Shown piece after piece: positions 13,801 to 28,949 of a stretch of DNA of 64,000 nucleotides. The stretch lies in assembly GCF_009914755.1 (NCBI RefSeq), contig NC_060946.1; one strand, written 5' to 3'. The translations under genes and the position numbers were made by a program. The number at the start of each line of letters is the position of its first letter. Position 1 is the stretch's first letter. Source of the DNA: the human T2T-CHM13v2.0 reference genome, Homo sapiens. A model generated the notes under the pieces. The model was given only the letters and a program-made list of their open reading frames with translations, was not told the origin of the DNA and ran no database searches.

Positions 13801-16800
13801 CAGCAGTCCTCTGGAATCCTTTGTGAAGGATAAACAAAGAGAACCCACCAGCAGTGTTCTGGAATCTTTCTGAGTGAAAAACATTCAGAACCTAGTAGCA
13901 GTGGTCTGGAATCCAATGTGAGGGAGAAACACTCAGAACCCAGCAGCAGTGTGCTGGAATTCATAGTGAGGGACAAATATTCACAACCTCGTAGCAGTGT
14001 TCTGGAATCCTATGTGAGACACAAGCACTTTTAACCCACCAGCAGTTTTTTGGAATCACATGTGGGGGACAAACACTCAGAACCCAGTAGCAGTGTTCTA
14101 GAATCCTCTGTGAGGGACAAACATTCAGACATTCGAAGCAGTTTTCTGGAATCCTATGTGAGGGGCAAACAATCAGAAACCAGCAGCAGTGTTCTGGAAT
14201 CCTTTGTGATGGACACACATTCAGACCCTTGTAGCAGTGTTCTGGAATCCATTCTGAGGGACAAACACACAGAAACCAGCAGCAGTGTTCCAGAATCCTT
14301 TGTGATGGACAAACACTCAGAACGCAGTAGCAGTGTTCTGGAATCATAGGTGATGGACAAACACTGAGAACACAGCAGCAGTGTTCTGGAATTCTGTGTG
14401 AGGGAAAAACACTCAGAACCCAGCTGCAGTGTTCTGGAATCCTATGAGAGCGACAAACCTTCAGAACTTCATAACAGTGTTCTGGAATCCTATGTGGGAG
14501 ACAAACACTCAGAACCCAGCCACTGTTTTCTGGGATCCTACTTGAGGGACAAACATTCAGACACTAGTAGAGGTGTTCTGGAATCCTATGTGAGGGACAA
14601 ACACTCAGAACCCAGCAGCAGTATTGTGGAATTCTATATGATGGACAACCACTCAGAACCCAGTGGCAGTGTTCTGGAATCCCATGTAAGGGACAAACAC
14701 TCAGAACCCAGCAGCAGTGTTCTGGAATCCTTTGTGCAGGACAAACACTCAGAACCCAGCCAATGTGTTCTGGAATCCTATCAGAGGGACAAACATTCAG
14801 ACACTTGTAGAAGTGTTCTGGAATCCTATGTGAGGAAGAAACACTCAGAAACAAGCAACGGTGCCCTGGAATTATTTGTGAGGAAAAAACAGAACCCAGC
14901 AGCAGCGTTCTGGAATCCTATGTGATGGAAAAACTTTCAGAAACCAGCAGGAGTGTTCTGGAATCTTCTGTGAGGGACAAACAATGAGAACCACGTATCA
15001 GTGCTCTGGAATCCTATGTGAGGGACAAACATTCCTAACCCGGCTTCAGTGTTCTAGAATCTCATGTGACGGACTGAAACTCAGAACCCAGCAGCCGTGT
15101 TCTGGAATCCTATGTCAGTGATCAACACTCAGAAACCAGCAACAGTTTTCTCGAATCCTTTGTGACGGACAAACATTCATACACTAGGAGAAGTGTTCTG
15201 GAATCCTATGTGAGGGACAAACACTCAGAAACTAGCAGCGGTTCTCGGCAATACTTTGTGAGAGACAAACATAACCCAGCAGCAGTGTTCTGAAATCCTT
15301 TGTGAGGATAAAACATTCAAAACCTCTCACCAGTGTTCTGGAATCCTATGAGAGGGCCAAACATTCAGAACCCAGCAGCAGTGTTCTGGAATCCCATGTG
15401 AGGGACAAATACTCAGAATCCAGCAGCAGTGTTCTAGAATCCTTTGTGAGGGACAAACCTTCAGACACTCGAAGGAGTGTTCTGGAATCCCATGTGAGGG
15501 ACAAACACTCAGTAACCAGCAGCAGTGCTCTGTAATCCTTTGTGTGGGAAAAACAGAACCCAGCAGCTGTGTTCTGGATTCGTATGTGAGGGACAAACTC
15601 TGAGAATCCAGCAGCAGTGTTGTGGGATCGTTTTTGAGGGGCAAACATTCAGAATCTTGTAGCAGTGTTCTGGAATCCTATGTGAAGGACAAACACTCTG
15701 AAACTAGCAGCAGTGTTCTGGTATCCTGTGTGAGGGACAAATACTCAGAACCCAGCAACTGTGTTCTGGAATCCCATGTGAGGGACAAGCACTCAAACCT
15801 AGAAACACTGTTCTGGAATCCTATGTGAGGGACGAACATTCAGACCCTTGAAACAGTGTTCTGGAATCCTATGTGAGGGACAAACACTCAGAACCCAGCA
15901 GCAGTGTTGTGGAATCCTATGTGAGTGACAAACACTCAGAACCCGTCAACATTGTTCTGGAATCCTATGTAAAGGACAAACAGTCAGAACCCAGCAACAA
16001 TCCTCTGTAATCCTTTGTGAGGGACAAACACACAGAACCCAGCAGCAGTGTTCTTGAATCCTTTGTGAGGGAAAAACATTCAGACCTTCGAAGCAGTGTT
16101 CTGGAGTCCTATGTGAGGGAAAAACACTCAGAACCCAGCAACATTGTTCTGGAATCCTATGTGAGGGACAAACACTCAGAACCCAGCAGCAATGTTCTGG
16201 AATCCTATGTGAGGGACAAACATTCAGAAGTTCTTAGGAGTGTTCTGGAATCCAATGTGAGGGACAAACACTCAGAACCCAGCTGCAGTGTTCTTCAATC
16301 CTATGTGAAGGACAAACACTCAGAACCCAGCAGCAGTGTTCTGGAATGCTATGTGAGTGTCAAACACTCAGAACCCAGCAGCAGTGTTCTGGAATCCTTT
16401 GTGAGGGACAAGCATTCAGAACCTCATAGCAGTGTTCAGCAATCATATGTAAGGGACAACTGTGAACCGAGCAGCAGCAGTGTTTTTGAGTCCCATGTGA
16501 GGGACAAACACTCCGAAATCCGCAGCTGTGTTCTGGAATCCTACGTGAGGGACAAACACTCGGAACCCTGCAACAGTGTTCTGGATTCATTTGTCACGGA
16601 CAAACATTCAGACTGTCGTAGCAGTGTGGTGGTATCCTATTTGAAGGACAAACCCTCAGAAACCAGAAGCAGTGCTCTGGATTGCCTTGTGAGGTACAAA
16701 CAAGCAGAACCCAGCAGCAGATTTCTGGAATCCTTTGTGAAGGACAATCATTCAAACCCTCGGAGCATTGTTGTGGAATCCAATGTGAGGGACAAAAGCT

Positions 16801-19800
16801 CAGAAACCTGCAGCAGTGTTCTGGAATCCTATGTGAGGGACAAGCTTTCAGACCCTCATAGCACTGTTTTGGAATGCTCTGTGAAGGACAGATATTCAGA
16901 CCCTCGTAGCAGGATTCTAGAATCGTATGTGAGCCACAGGCCATCAGAACCCTGCATGTGTGTTCTGGAATTCTACGTGAGGGACAATCCCTCAGAACAT
17001 TGCAGCAGTTTTCTGGATTCCTATGTGAGGGACAGACACTCAGAACCCTGCAGTAGTGTTCTGGAATCCTATGTGATTGATAAACATTAAAAACACAGCA
17101 GCAGTGTTCTTGTATCCCACATGATGCACAAACACACAGAACCCTGACAAAGTGTCCTGGAATCCTAAGTGAGTGACAAACACTCACAACCCAGCAGCAG
17201 TGTTCTGGAATCCTTTGTGAGGGACTAACATTCAGACCCTCCTAGCAGTGTTCTGGAATTATATGTGAGGGTCATACACAGAAACCAGCAGCAGTGTTCT
17301 GGAATCCTATGTGAAGGACGAATAGCAAGAACCCAGCAACTGTTTGGGAATTTTATGTGGGGGACAAACCCTCAGAAAGAAGCAGCAGTGTTATAAAATC
17401 CTTTGTGAGGACAAACATTCAGACACTCATAGCACTGTCCTGTAATGCTATATGAGGGAAAAACATTCAGAACCTCGTATCAGTGTTCTGAAATCCTATG
17501 TGAGGGACAAACACTCAGAAAACAGCAGCAGTGTTCTGGAATCCTATGTGAGGGACAAACACTCAGAACCCAGCCGCAGTGTAAGGGATTTCTACGTGAG
17601 GGACAAATATTCAGACACTCAGAACACTGTTTTGGAATCCTAAGTGAGGGACAAACACTCAGAACCCCGCAGCAGTGTTTTGGAATCCTATGTGAGGGAC
17701 AATAATTGAGAACCTCAAAGCACTGTTCTGGAGTGCTCTGTGAGGGACAAACATTCAGACCCTCGTAGCAGTATTCTGTAATCCTATGTGAGGCACAAAC
17801 CCTCAGAACTCAGCAGCAGTGTTCTTGAATTCTATGTGAGGGACAAACCCTCAGAAACTAGCAGCAGTATTCTGGAATCCCATGTGAGGGACCAATACTC
17901 AGAACCCTGCAGCAGTGTTCTGGAATGCTATGTGAGGGACAAACACAAAAAACCCAGCAGCAGTGTTCTGGCTTCCTATATGAGGGACAAACATTCAGAA
18001 CCCAGCAGAATTGTTCTGGAATCCTATGTGAGGGACAAACACTCACAAACCAGCAGCAGTGTTTTGGAATCCTATGTGAGGGACAAACATTCAGACTCTC
18101 GGAGCAGTGTTCTGGAATCCTATGTGAAGGACAAACACTCAGAACCCAGTATCAGTGCTCTGGAATCCTATGTGAGAGACAAGGATTCAGACACTCGTAG
18201 CAGTAATACAGAATGCCTTCTGAGGAACAAACTTTGAGACCATCTCAGCATTGTTCTGGAATCGAAGGTGAGGGACAACCATTCAGAACCCAGCAGTGTT
18301 CCGGAATCCTTGGTGAGGAAAAAACTTTCAGACCCTCCAAGCAGAGTTCTGGAATCCTATGTTTGGGACAAACACTCAGAACATAGCAACTGTGTTCTGC
18401 AATCCGATGTGAGGGACAAACATTGAGAACCCACTAGCGGTGCTCTGGAATCCGTTGTGACCGACAAACTTACTGACCCCTGTAGCAGTGTTTCAGAATC
18501 CCATGTGTTGGAGAAACCCTCAGAACACAGCAGGAGAGTTCTAGAATTCTAGTGAGGGACAAACCCTCAGAAACTAGCAGCAGTATTCTGCAATCCTATG
18601 TGAGGGACAAACGCTCTGAACACAGCAGCAGTGTTCTGGAACTCGTTGACAGAGACAAGCTCTCAGATCCAAGCACCAGTTTTCTGGAATCCTATGTGAG
18701 GGAAAATCACTCTGAACTCAGCAGCAGTGTTCTGGAATCCCAAGTTAGGGACAAACACTCAGAACCCAGCAGCATTGTTCTGGAATCCTATGTGAGTGAC
18801 AAACCCTAAGAAACCAGAAGCAGTGTTCTAGAATCCTCTGTGAGGGACAAATATTCAGAAAAACGAAGGAGGGTTGTGGAATCCTATGTGAGAGACAACC
18901 ATTCAGATCCCAGCAGCAGTGTTCTGGAATCCTTTGTGATGGACAAACATTCAGACCCCAGTAGCAGTTTCCTAGAATCCTATGTGAGTCGCAAACCTTC
19001 AGAAGCCAGCAGCAGTGTTCTGAAATCGTATGTGAGCAACAAACTTTCAGATATTAGTAGCAGTATTCTGGAATCCTATGTGGGGGACAAACTTTCAGAA
19101 CCCAGCCAGTGTGTTCTGGAATCCTATCTGAGGGACAAACATTCAGACAGTCGTAGAAGTATTCTGGAATCCAAACTGAGGGACAAACACTCAGAAACCA
19201 GAAGCAGTGCTCAGGAATCCTTTGTGAGGAACAAACATACAAAACTCAGCAGCTGTGTTTTGGAATTCTATGTCAGCCTCAAACACTCAGAAAACAGCAG
19301 TATTGTTCTGGATTCCTAAGAGAGGGACAAACACTCAGAACCCAGCAGCAGTGTTCTGGAATCCTAGGTGAGTGACAAACACTCAGAACCCAATAGCAGT
19401 GTGCTGGAATCCTATTTGAGGGACAAACACTCAGAACCCAACAGCAGTGTGCTGGAATCCTATGTGAGGGACAAACACTCAGAACCAAGCAGGAGTGTTC
19501 TAGAATCCTTTGTGAGGCACAAACACTCAGAACCCAGCAGCAGTGTTCTGGAATCCTTTATGAGGGACAAATGTTCAGAACCTCATGGCAGTGTTTTGGA
19601 ATCCTATGTGAGTGAAAAACACTCAGAACCCAGCAGCAGTGTTCTAGAATCCGTTGTGAGGGAAAAACCTTCAGAACCTTGAAGCAGTGTTCTGGAATCG
19701 TATATGACGGACAAACACTCAGAACCCAGCAGCAGCGTTCTGGAATCCTATTGAGGGACAAACACTAAGTTTTCATCCCCTGTGTTCTCGAATACTATGT

Positions 19801-21390
19801 GAGGGACAAACATTCAGTCACTCAAAGAAGTGTTCTGGAATACTATGTGAGGGACAAACACTCAAAAACCAACAACAGTGCTCTGGATTCATTTGTGGGG
19901 GACAAACACTCAGTACCCAACAGAAGTGTCCTCCAATCCTTTGTGAGGGACAAACACTCAGAACCCAGCAGCAGTGTTCAGGAATCCTTTGTGATGGGCA
20001 AACATTCAGACCCTCGTAGCCGTGTCCTCGAATCCTATGTTAGGGAAAAACAACAAGAACTCAGCAGCAGTGTTGTGGAATCCTATGTGAGGAAAAAACA
20101 CTCAGAACACAGCAGCAGTGTCTTGGAATACCGTGTGATCAACAAAGATTCATAACTTCATAGCCATGTTCTGGAATCCTTTATGAGTGAAAAACACTCA
20201 GAACCCAGAAGCAGTGTTCTAGAATCCTTTATGAGAGACAAAGTTTCAGACCCTCGAAGCAGTGTTCTGGAATCGTATCTGAGTGACAAGCACTCAGAAT
20301 CCAGCAGCTGGGTTCTGGAATCCTATGTGAGTGACAAACACTCAGAGCCCAGCAGCAGTGTTTTGGAATCCTATGCAAGGGACAAACACTCAGAACCCAG
20401 CCACTGTGTTCCAGAATCCTGTCTGAGGGACAAACATTCAAACACTCGTAGAAGTGTTCTGTAATCCTATGTGAGGGACAAACACTCGGATACCAGCAGC
20501 AGTGATCTGGAATCATTCAGGAGTGACAAACACTCAGAACACAGCGGCACTGTTCTGGAATCCTTTCTTAGGGACAAACATTCAGAATTTCGTAGCAGTG
20601 TTCTGCAATCCTAAGTGAGGGACAAACACTAAGAACCCAGCAGCAGTGTTGTGGAATCATTTGTGACGGACAAATATTCATATCCTCAAAGCATTGTTCT
20701 GGAATCCTTTGTTAGGGACAAACATTCAGACACTCATAGCAGTGTTCTGTAATCGTAAGTGAGGGACAAACACTCAGAAACCTGCAGCAGTGTTCTGGAA
20801 TCATATGTGAGGAAAAACACGCAGAAATCAGTAGCAGTGTTCTGGAATCCTATGTGAGCGACAAACACTAAGTACCCAGCAGCAGTGTTCTGGAATCCTA
20901 TGTGAGGCACAAACCCTCAGAACCAAGCCACTGTGTTCTGGAATCTTACCTGAGGGACAATATTCAGACACCCGTAGAAGTGTTCTGGTAGCCTATGTGA
21001 GGGAGAAACACTCAGAAACCAGCAGCTGTGTTATGGAAACATTTGTGAGGGACAAATAAACAGAACCGAGAAGCAGAGTTCTGGAATCCTTTGTGAGGTT
21101 AATATATAAAGACCCTCGTAGCAATGTTCTGGAATGCTGTGTGAGAAACACACACTCAGAGACGACAGCAGTGTTCCGGACTACTATGTGAGGGACAGAC
21201 CCTCAATTCCCAGCAGTAGTGATGTGAAATCCTATGTGAGCGACAAACATTCAGAACTTCGTAGCAGTGTTCTGGAATCCTATGTGGGGGACAAACACTC
21301 AGAACCCAGCCACTGTGTTCTGGAATCCTATCTGAGGGACAAACTTTCAGACACTCGTAGGAGTCTCTGGAATCCTATGTGAGGAACAAA

Positions 21391-21575
21391 CACTCAGAAC
21401 CCAGCAGCAGTGTTCAGTAATCGTTTGTGAGGGACAAACATTCAGAACCTCAAAGCAGTGTTCTGGAATATTATGTGAGGGCCACTCAGAACCCAGCAGC
21501 AGTGTTCAGTAATCGTTTGTGAGGGACAAACATTCAGAACCTCAAAGCAGTGTTCTGGATTATTATGTGAGGGCC
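21391..21575 (+). repeat. 92-bp near-perfect tandem duplication (dimer with 4-nt deletion)
   Basis: CACTCAGAACCCAGCAGCAGTGTTCAGTAATCGTTTGTG...CCTCAAAGC...ATTATGTGAGGGC starts at 21391 and 21483. Confidence 0.85.
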
Positions 21576-24500
21576 AAACACTCTGAACCCAGCAGCAGAG
21601 TTCTGGAATCCCATGTGAGGGACAAACACTCAGAACCCAGCAGCAGTGTTCTGGAATACTTTCTGAGGGACCAACATTCAGAATCTTATAGCACTGTTCT
21701 GGAATCCTAAGTGAGAGACAAACACTCAGAACCCAGGAGCAGTGTTCTGGAATCCTATTGAGGGACAAACACTCAAAACCCAGAAGCAGTGTTCTAGAAT
21801 CCTTCATGAGGGACAAACATTCATATCCTCAAAGCAGTGTTCTGGAATCCTATGTGAGGGACAAAAACTCATAACCCAGCAGCAGTGTTCTGGAAACTTT
21901 GGATTAGACCAACATTCAGACCCTCGTACCAGTGTTTTGGAATCCTATGGGATAGACAAACACTCAGAACCCAGACACTGTGTTCTGGAATCCTATGTGA
22001 GGGACAAACACTCAGAATTCAGCACCATGCTCTGCAATCCTTTGTGGGGGACAAACACTCAGAATGCAGTAGCAGTTTTCTGGAATCCTTTGTGAGGGGC
22101 AAATATTCAGACCCTCGTTGCTGTGTTCTGGAATCCTATGTGAGGGACAAATACTAAGGAACCAGCAGAAGTGTTCTAGAATCCTCATTGAGGGAAAAAA
22201 AATTCAGAACATCGAAGCAGAGTTCTGAAATCCTATGTGAGGGACAAACACTCAGATCCCAGCATCATTGTTCTGGAATCCTTTGTGATGGACAAACATT
22301 CAGAACCTCGTAGCACTTTTCTGGAATCCTATGTGAGTGACAAACATTCAGAACCAAGCATCAGTGTTCTGAAATCGTATGTGAGTGACAAACATTCAGA
22401 TATAAGTAGCAGTATTCTGGAATCCTATGTGGAGGACAAATAGTCACATTCCAGCCACTGTGTTCTGGAATCCTGAGGACCAAACATTCAGGCACTCGTA
22501 GAATTGTTCTGGAATCCTATGTGAGGAGGAAACACTCAGATACCAGAAGCAGTTCTCAGGAATCCTTTGTGATGGACAAACATACAGAACTCAGCAGCAG
22601 TGTTTTCGAATCCTATGTTAGTGACAAACACTCAGAAACCTGCAGCAGTGTTCTGTATCCTATGTGAGGAAAAAACACTCAGAACCCAAAAGCAGTGCTC
22701 TGTAATCCTTTGTGAGAGACAAACAAACAGAACACAGCAGCAGTGTTCTGGAATCCTATGTGGGGCTCAAAAACTCGGAACCCAGCAGTAGTGTTATGGA
22801 ATCCTTTGTGAGGGAAAAACATTCAGAATCTCGCAGCAGTGTTCTGGAATGCTATGTGAGGGACAAACATTCTTAAACCAGGAGCAGTGTTCTGCATTCC
22901 CATGTGAGAGACAAACACTCAGAAACCAGCAGGTGTGTTCTGGAATCCTATGTGAGTGACAAACACTCAGAAAAAAGCAGCAGTGTTCTAGAATCCTTAG
23001 TGAGGGGAAACATTCAGACACTCAAAGCAGTGTTCTGCAATCCTACGTGAGGGACAAACACAGAGAATCCAGCAGCAGTGTTCTGGAATCCTTTGTGAGG
23101 GACAAACATTCAGAACATCATAGGAGTGTTCTGGAATCATATGTGAGGGACAAATACTGTGAAGCCAACGGCATTGTTCTGGAATCTGATGTGAGGGATA
23201 AACACTCAGAACCCAGCAGCAGTGTTCTGGAATCCTATGTGAGTGACAAACACTCAGAACCCAGCAGCAGTGTCCTTCAATCCCATGTGAGGCACAAACA
23301 CTCAAAACCCAGCCACAGTGTACTGGAATACTATCTGAGGGACAAACATTCACACCCTCGTAGAAGTGTTCGGGAGTCCTATGTGAGGGACAAACTCTAA
23401 GAAACCAGCAGCAGTGCTCTGGAATCCTTTGGGAGGGAAAAACACTCAAAACCTCCTATCAGTGTTCTGTGATCCGATGTTAGGGAAAAACATTCAAACC
23501 CTCGTAGTAGTGTCCTGGAATCCTACATGAGGGACAAACCCTCAGAACCCAGCAGCAGTGTTCTGGAATCCCACGTGAGGGAAAAACATTCAGACCCTCG
23601 TAGCATTGTTCTGGAATCCAAAATGAGGGACAAACACTCAGAACCCAAAAGCTGTATTCTGGAATCCCATGTGAGGGACACAGACTCAGATCCCAGCAGC
23701 AGTGTTCTGGAATCCTATTTGAGGGACAACCCCTCGGAACACAGTAACTGTGAACTGGAGTCGAATCTGAGGGACAAACATTCAGACATTCGTAGAAGTG
23801 TTCTGGAATCCTATGTGAGGGACAAACACAGGAAACCAGCAGCAGTGCTCTAGAATCCTTTGTGAGGGACAAACATACAGATCCCAGAAGCAGTGTTCCA
23901 GAATAATTGTGAGGGAAAAACATTCAAACACTCGTAGCAGTGTTCTGGAATCCTATGTGAGGGACAAACACTCAGAACCCAGCAGCAGTGTTCTGGAATC
24001 CTATGTGAGCAACAAACATTCAAAACTTTGTAGCAATGTTCTGATATTCTATGTGAGGGCAAACACTCAGAACACAGCAGCAGTGCTCTGGAATCGTAAG
24101 TGAGGGACAAACACTCAGAACCCAGCAGCCGTGTGCTGGAATCCTATGTGAGGGACAAACTCTCAGAATCCATCAGCAGTGTTCTGGTATCCTACGTGAG
24201 TGACAAACACTCCGAACACAGCAGCAGTGTTCCAGTATCTTTGTGAGGGGCAAACACTCAGAACCCAGCAGCAGTGTTCTAGAGTCCTTTGTGAGGGACA
24301 AACATGCAGAACCTCTCAGCAGTGTTCTCAAATCATAAGTTTGGGACAAACAATGTGAACACAGCAGCAGTGTTTTGGAATAACCTGTGAGGCACAAACA
24401 CTCAGAACCCAGCAGCAGTGTTCTGGAATCCTATGTGAGTGACAAACACTCAGAACCCAGCAGCAGTGTTCGACAATCCTTTGTGAGGGACAAACCTTGA

Positions 24501-25343
24501 GACCCTCGAATCAGTGTTCTGGAATCCTATGTGTGGGACAAACCCTCAGAACCCAGTAGAAATTTTCTAGAATCCTTTGTGTCAGACAAACATTCAGACC
24601 GTTGCAGCAGTGTTTTGGTATCCTATGTGAGGGACAAACACTCAGAATGCAGGAGCAGTGTTCTAGAATCCTATGTGAGTGAAAAACACTCAGAACCGCG
24701 GAGCAGTGTTCTAGAGTCCTATGTGAGTGAAAAACACTCAGAACCCCGCAGTAGGGTTCTAGAATCCTATGTGAGGGAAAAACACTCAGAACCCCGCAGT
24801 AGGGTTCTGGAATCCTATGAGAGGAACAAATACTCGGAATGCAGCAGCAGTGTTCTGGAATCCTATATGAGGGAAAAACACTCAGAACCCAGCTACTCTG
24901 TTCTGGAATCCTATCTGAGGTACAAACATTCAGACACGGGAAAAAGTGTTCTGGAAACCTGTATGAGGGACAAACACTCAGAAAACAGCAGCAGTGCTCT
25001 CGAATCATTTGTGAGGGACAAACAAACAGTACACAGCAGCAGTAGTCTGGAATCCTATGTGAGGGAAAACCTCTCAGGACCCAGAAGTAGTGTTATGAAA
25101 TCTCTTGTGAGGGACAAACATTCAGAACCTTGTAGCAGTGTTCTGGAATCCTTTCTGAAGAGAAACATTCAGACCCTCATAGCAGTGTTCTGGAATTCTA
25201 TGTTAGGGACAAACACTCACCCCCAGCAGCAGTGTTCTGGAATCCTATGTGAGGGACAAACACTCAGAACCCAGCAGCAGTGTTCTAGAATCCTTTTTGA
25301 AGGACAAACATTCAGAACCTCGTAGCAGTGTTCTGGAATCTTA

Positions 25344-25540
25344 TGTGAGGGACAAACACTCTGAACCCAACAGCAGTGTTTTCAAATCCCATGTGAGGGA
25401 CAAACACTCTGAACCCAGTAGCAGTGTTCTGTAATCCTATGTGAGGAACAAACACTCTGAACCCAGCAGCAGTGTTTTCAAATCCCATGTGAGGGACAAA
25501 CACTCAGAACGCAGCAGCAGTGTTCTGTAATCCTATGTGA
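25344..25540 (+). repeat. 96-bp (dimer) tandem duplication
   Basis: TTTTCAAATCCCATG at 25379 and 25475, each followed one monomer later by GTTCTGTAATCC. Confidence 0.8.
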
Positions 25541-28500
25541 GTGAAAATCATTCAGAACGCAGAAGCAGTGTTCTAGAATCCTTTGTGTGGGACAAACTTT
25601 CAGACCCTCGATGCAGTGTTTTGGAATCGTATGTGAGTTATAAACACTCAGAACCCAGAAGCTGGGCTCTGGAATCCTATTTGAGGGACAAACAGTCAGA
25701 ACCTGGCAGCAGTGTTCTGGAATTCTATGTGAGGGACAACCCTCATAACCCAGCCACTGTATTCTGGAATCCTATCTGAGGGACAAACATTCAGACACTT
25801 GTAGAAGTGTTCTGGAATACTATGTGAGGGTCAAACACTCAGAACAAAGCAGCAGTGGTCTGGAATCCTCTGTGAGGGACAAACCCTCAGAACACAGCAA
25901 CAGTGTTCGGGTGTCCTAAGTGAGGGACAAACACTCAGTACCCACGAGGAGTGTTCTGCAATCCAATGTGAGGGACAACCACTCAGAACCCAGCAGCAGT
26001 GTTCTGTAATCCTATGTGGAGGACAAACACACGGAACCCTGCAGCAGTGTTCTGGAATCCTATGTGAGGGACAAGCGTTCAGAACCTCATAGCACTGCAC
26101 TGGAATTCTATGTGAGGGACAAAAATTCAGACCCTCCTAGCAGTGTTCTGGAATCCTATGTGAGGTACAAATCCTCAGAATGGAGCAGCAGTGTTCTGGA
26201 ATTCGATGTGAAGGATAAGCCTCAGAACCTAGCGGCGGAGTTCTGGAATACAAAGTGAGGGACAAACACTCAGAACACAGCAACAGTGTTCTGGAATGTT
26301 AGGTGACGAACAAACACTCCGAACATATCAGCTGTGTTCTGGAATTCTATATGAGGGACAAACCCTCAGAACCCAGCAGCATTGTTCTAGAATTCTATAT
26401 GAGGGACAAACACTCAGAACCCAGCAGCAGTGTTCTGGAATCCTATCTGAGGGACAAACACTCAGAATGCAGCAGCAGTGTTCTGAAATCCTATGTGAGA
26501 AAAAACACTGAGAACCCAGTAGAAGTTTTCTGGAATCCTATGGGAGAGCTCAGCTTTCAGACACTCATAGGAGTGACAGAATCCTATGTGAGGGACAATG
26601 ATTCAGACCCTCATTGCAGTATTCTGGAATCCTATCTGAGGGACAAACATTCAGACCTTCGTAGCAGTTTTGTGGAATCCTATGTGAGGGACAAACACTC
26701 AGAATGCAGCAGCAATCTTCTGGAATCCTATGTGAGGGACAAACACTCAGAACACAGCAGCAGTGTTCCAGAATACTTTGTGAGGGACAAACATTCAGAC
26801 AATCTTAACAGTGTTCTGAAATCCTATGTGAGGGACAAACAGTCAGAACCCAGCAGCAGTGTTTTGGAATCCTATGTGAGGAACAAACCCTCAGAACCGA
26901 GCAGCAGTGTTCTGGAATCTAATGTGAGGGACAAACACTTAGAACCCAGTGGCAGTGTTCTGTAATCGTTTGTGAGGGACAAACATTCAGACCTTCATAG
27001 CAGTGTTCTCGAATCCTATGTGAGAGACAAACACTAAGAATGCTGCAGCAGTGTTCTGGAATCCCATGTTAGTGACAAACACTCAGAGCCCAGTAGCAGT
27101 GTTCTAGAATCCTTTGTGAGAGTCAAATACTGATACCCTCAAAGCAGTGCTCTGGAATCCTATGAGACGGACAAACACTCAGAACCCTGCAGTAGTGTTC
27201 TGCATTCCAATGTGAGGGACAAGCATTCAGACCCTCATAGCACTGTTCTAGAATTCTCTGTGAGGGACAAACATTCAGACCCTCGTCGCATTGTTCTGGA
27301 ATACTATGTGAGGTACAAACCCTCAGAAATCAGCAGCAGTATTCTGTTATTCCTTGTGAGGGACAAACAATCAGATCAAGCAGCATTGTTCTGAAATGCT
27401 TTGTGATAGACAAACTTTGAGACCATCGTAGCAGCTTTATGGAATCTTTTGTGAGGCACAAAAACTCATTACCCAGCAGCAGTGTCCTGGAATCCTACGT
27501 GAGAGACAAACACTCAGAAACCAGCCACTGTGCAGTGGAATCCTATCTGAGGGACAAATGTTCAGAAATTTGCAGAAGAGTTCTGGAATCCTATGTGCAG
27601 GACAAACACTGAAAAACCAGCATCAGTGTTCCGGAATCACTTTTGAGAGACAAACAAACAGAAACCAGCAACAGTGTTCTGGAAGCCTTTGTGAGGGAAA
27701 AACATTCTGACCCTCATAGCAGTGTTCTGGAATCCTATGTGCCGGACAATCACTCAGAAGTTAGCAGCACTGTTTTGGTATCCTATGTGAAGGACAAAGA
27801 TTCAGAACCCAAAATAAGTGTTCTGGAATCCTAAGTGAGGGACAAACTCTAACAACCCAGCAGCAGTTGTCTGTAATTTTTTGTGAGGGACAAATATTCA
27901 GACTCTCGAACCAGTGTTCTGGAATCCTATGTGAGGGACAAACCTTCAGAGCCTCGTAGCACTGTTTTGGAATCCTATGTGAGGGACAAACACTCAGAAC
28001 CCAGCAGCAATTTTTCTGGAATCCTATGTCAGCGACAAACACTCAGAACAAAGCAGCAGTGTTCTGGAATCCTTTGTGAGGAAGAAACATTCAGAACCTC
28101 ATAGGATTGTTCTGGAATCATATATGAGGGACAAATACTGTGAAGCCAATGACATTGTTCTGGAATCTGATGTGAGGGACAAACACTCAGAACCCAGCAG
28201 CAGTGTTCTGGAATCCTATGTGAGTGACAAACACTCAAAAACCAGCAGCAGTGTTCTGGAATCATTTGTGAGGGACAAACATTCAGACCCTAGAAGCTGT
28301 GTTCTGGAATCCAATGTGAGGGACAAACACTCTTATCACAACAGGAGTGTTCTGCAATTCTTTCTGACAGACAAACATTCACATCCTCTTAGCATTTCTC
28401 GGGAATCCTATGTGAGTGAGGAACACTCAGAACCCAGCAGCAGTGTTCTGGAATCCTATGTGAGGGACAAACACTCAGAACCCAGCAACAGTGTTCTTGA

Positions 28501-28949
28501 GTCCTATGTGAGGAACAAACACTCACAATGCAGCCACTGTGTACTGGAGTCCTATCTGAGGGTCAAACATTCACACCCTCATAGAAGTGTTCTGGAATCC
28601 TTTGTGAGGGACAAACTCTAAGAAACCAGCAGCAGTGTACCGGAATCCTTTGGGAGGGAAAAACACTCAGAACCTCCTAGCAGTGTTCTTGGATCCTATG
28701 TCAGAGAAAAACATTCTGACCCTCGTAGCAGTTTTCTGGAATCATATATGAGGGACAAACACTGAGAACCCAGCAGCAGTGTTCTGGAATCCTATGTGAG
28801 GGACAAACATTCAGGAAACAGTAGTAGTGCTCTAGAATCCTTTGTGAGGGACAAACACTCAGAATGCAGCAGCAGTGTTCTAGAATCCTTTGTTAGGTAC
28901 AAACATTCAGAAACTTGTAGAAGAGTTCTGGAATGCGATGTGAGGGACA

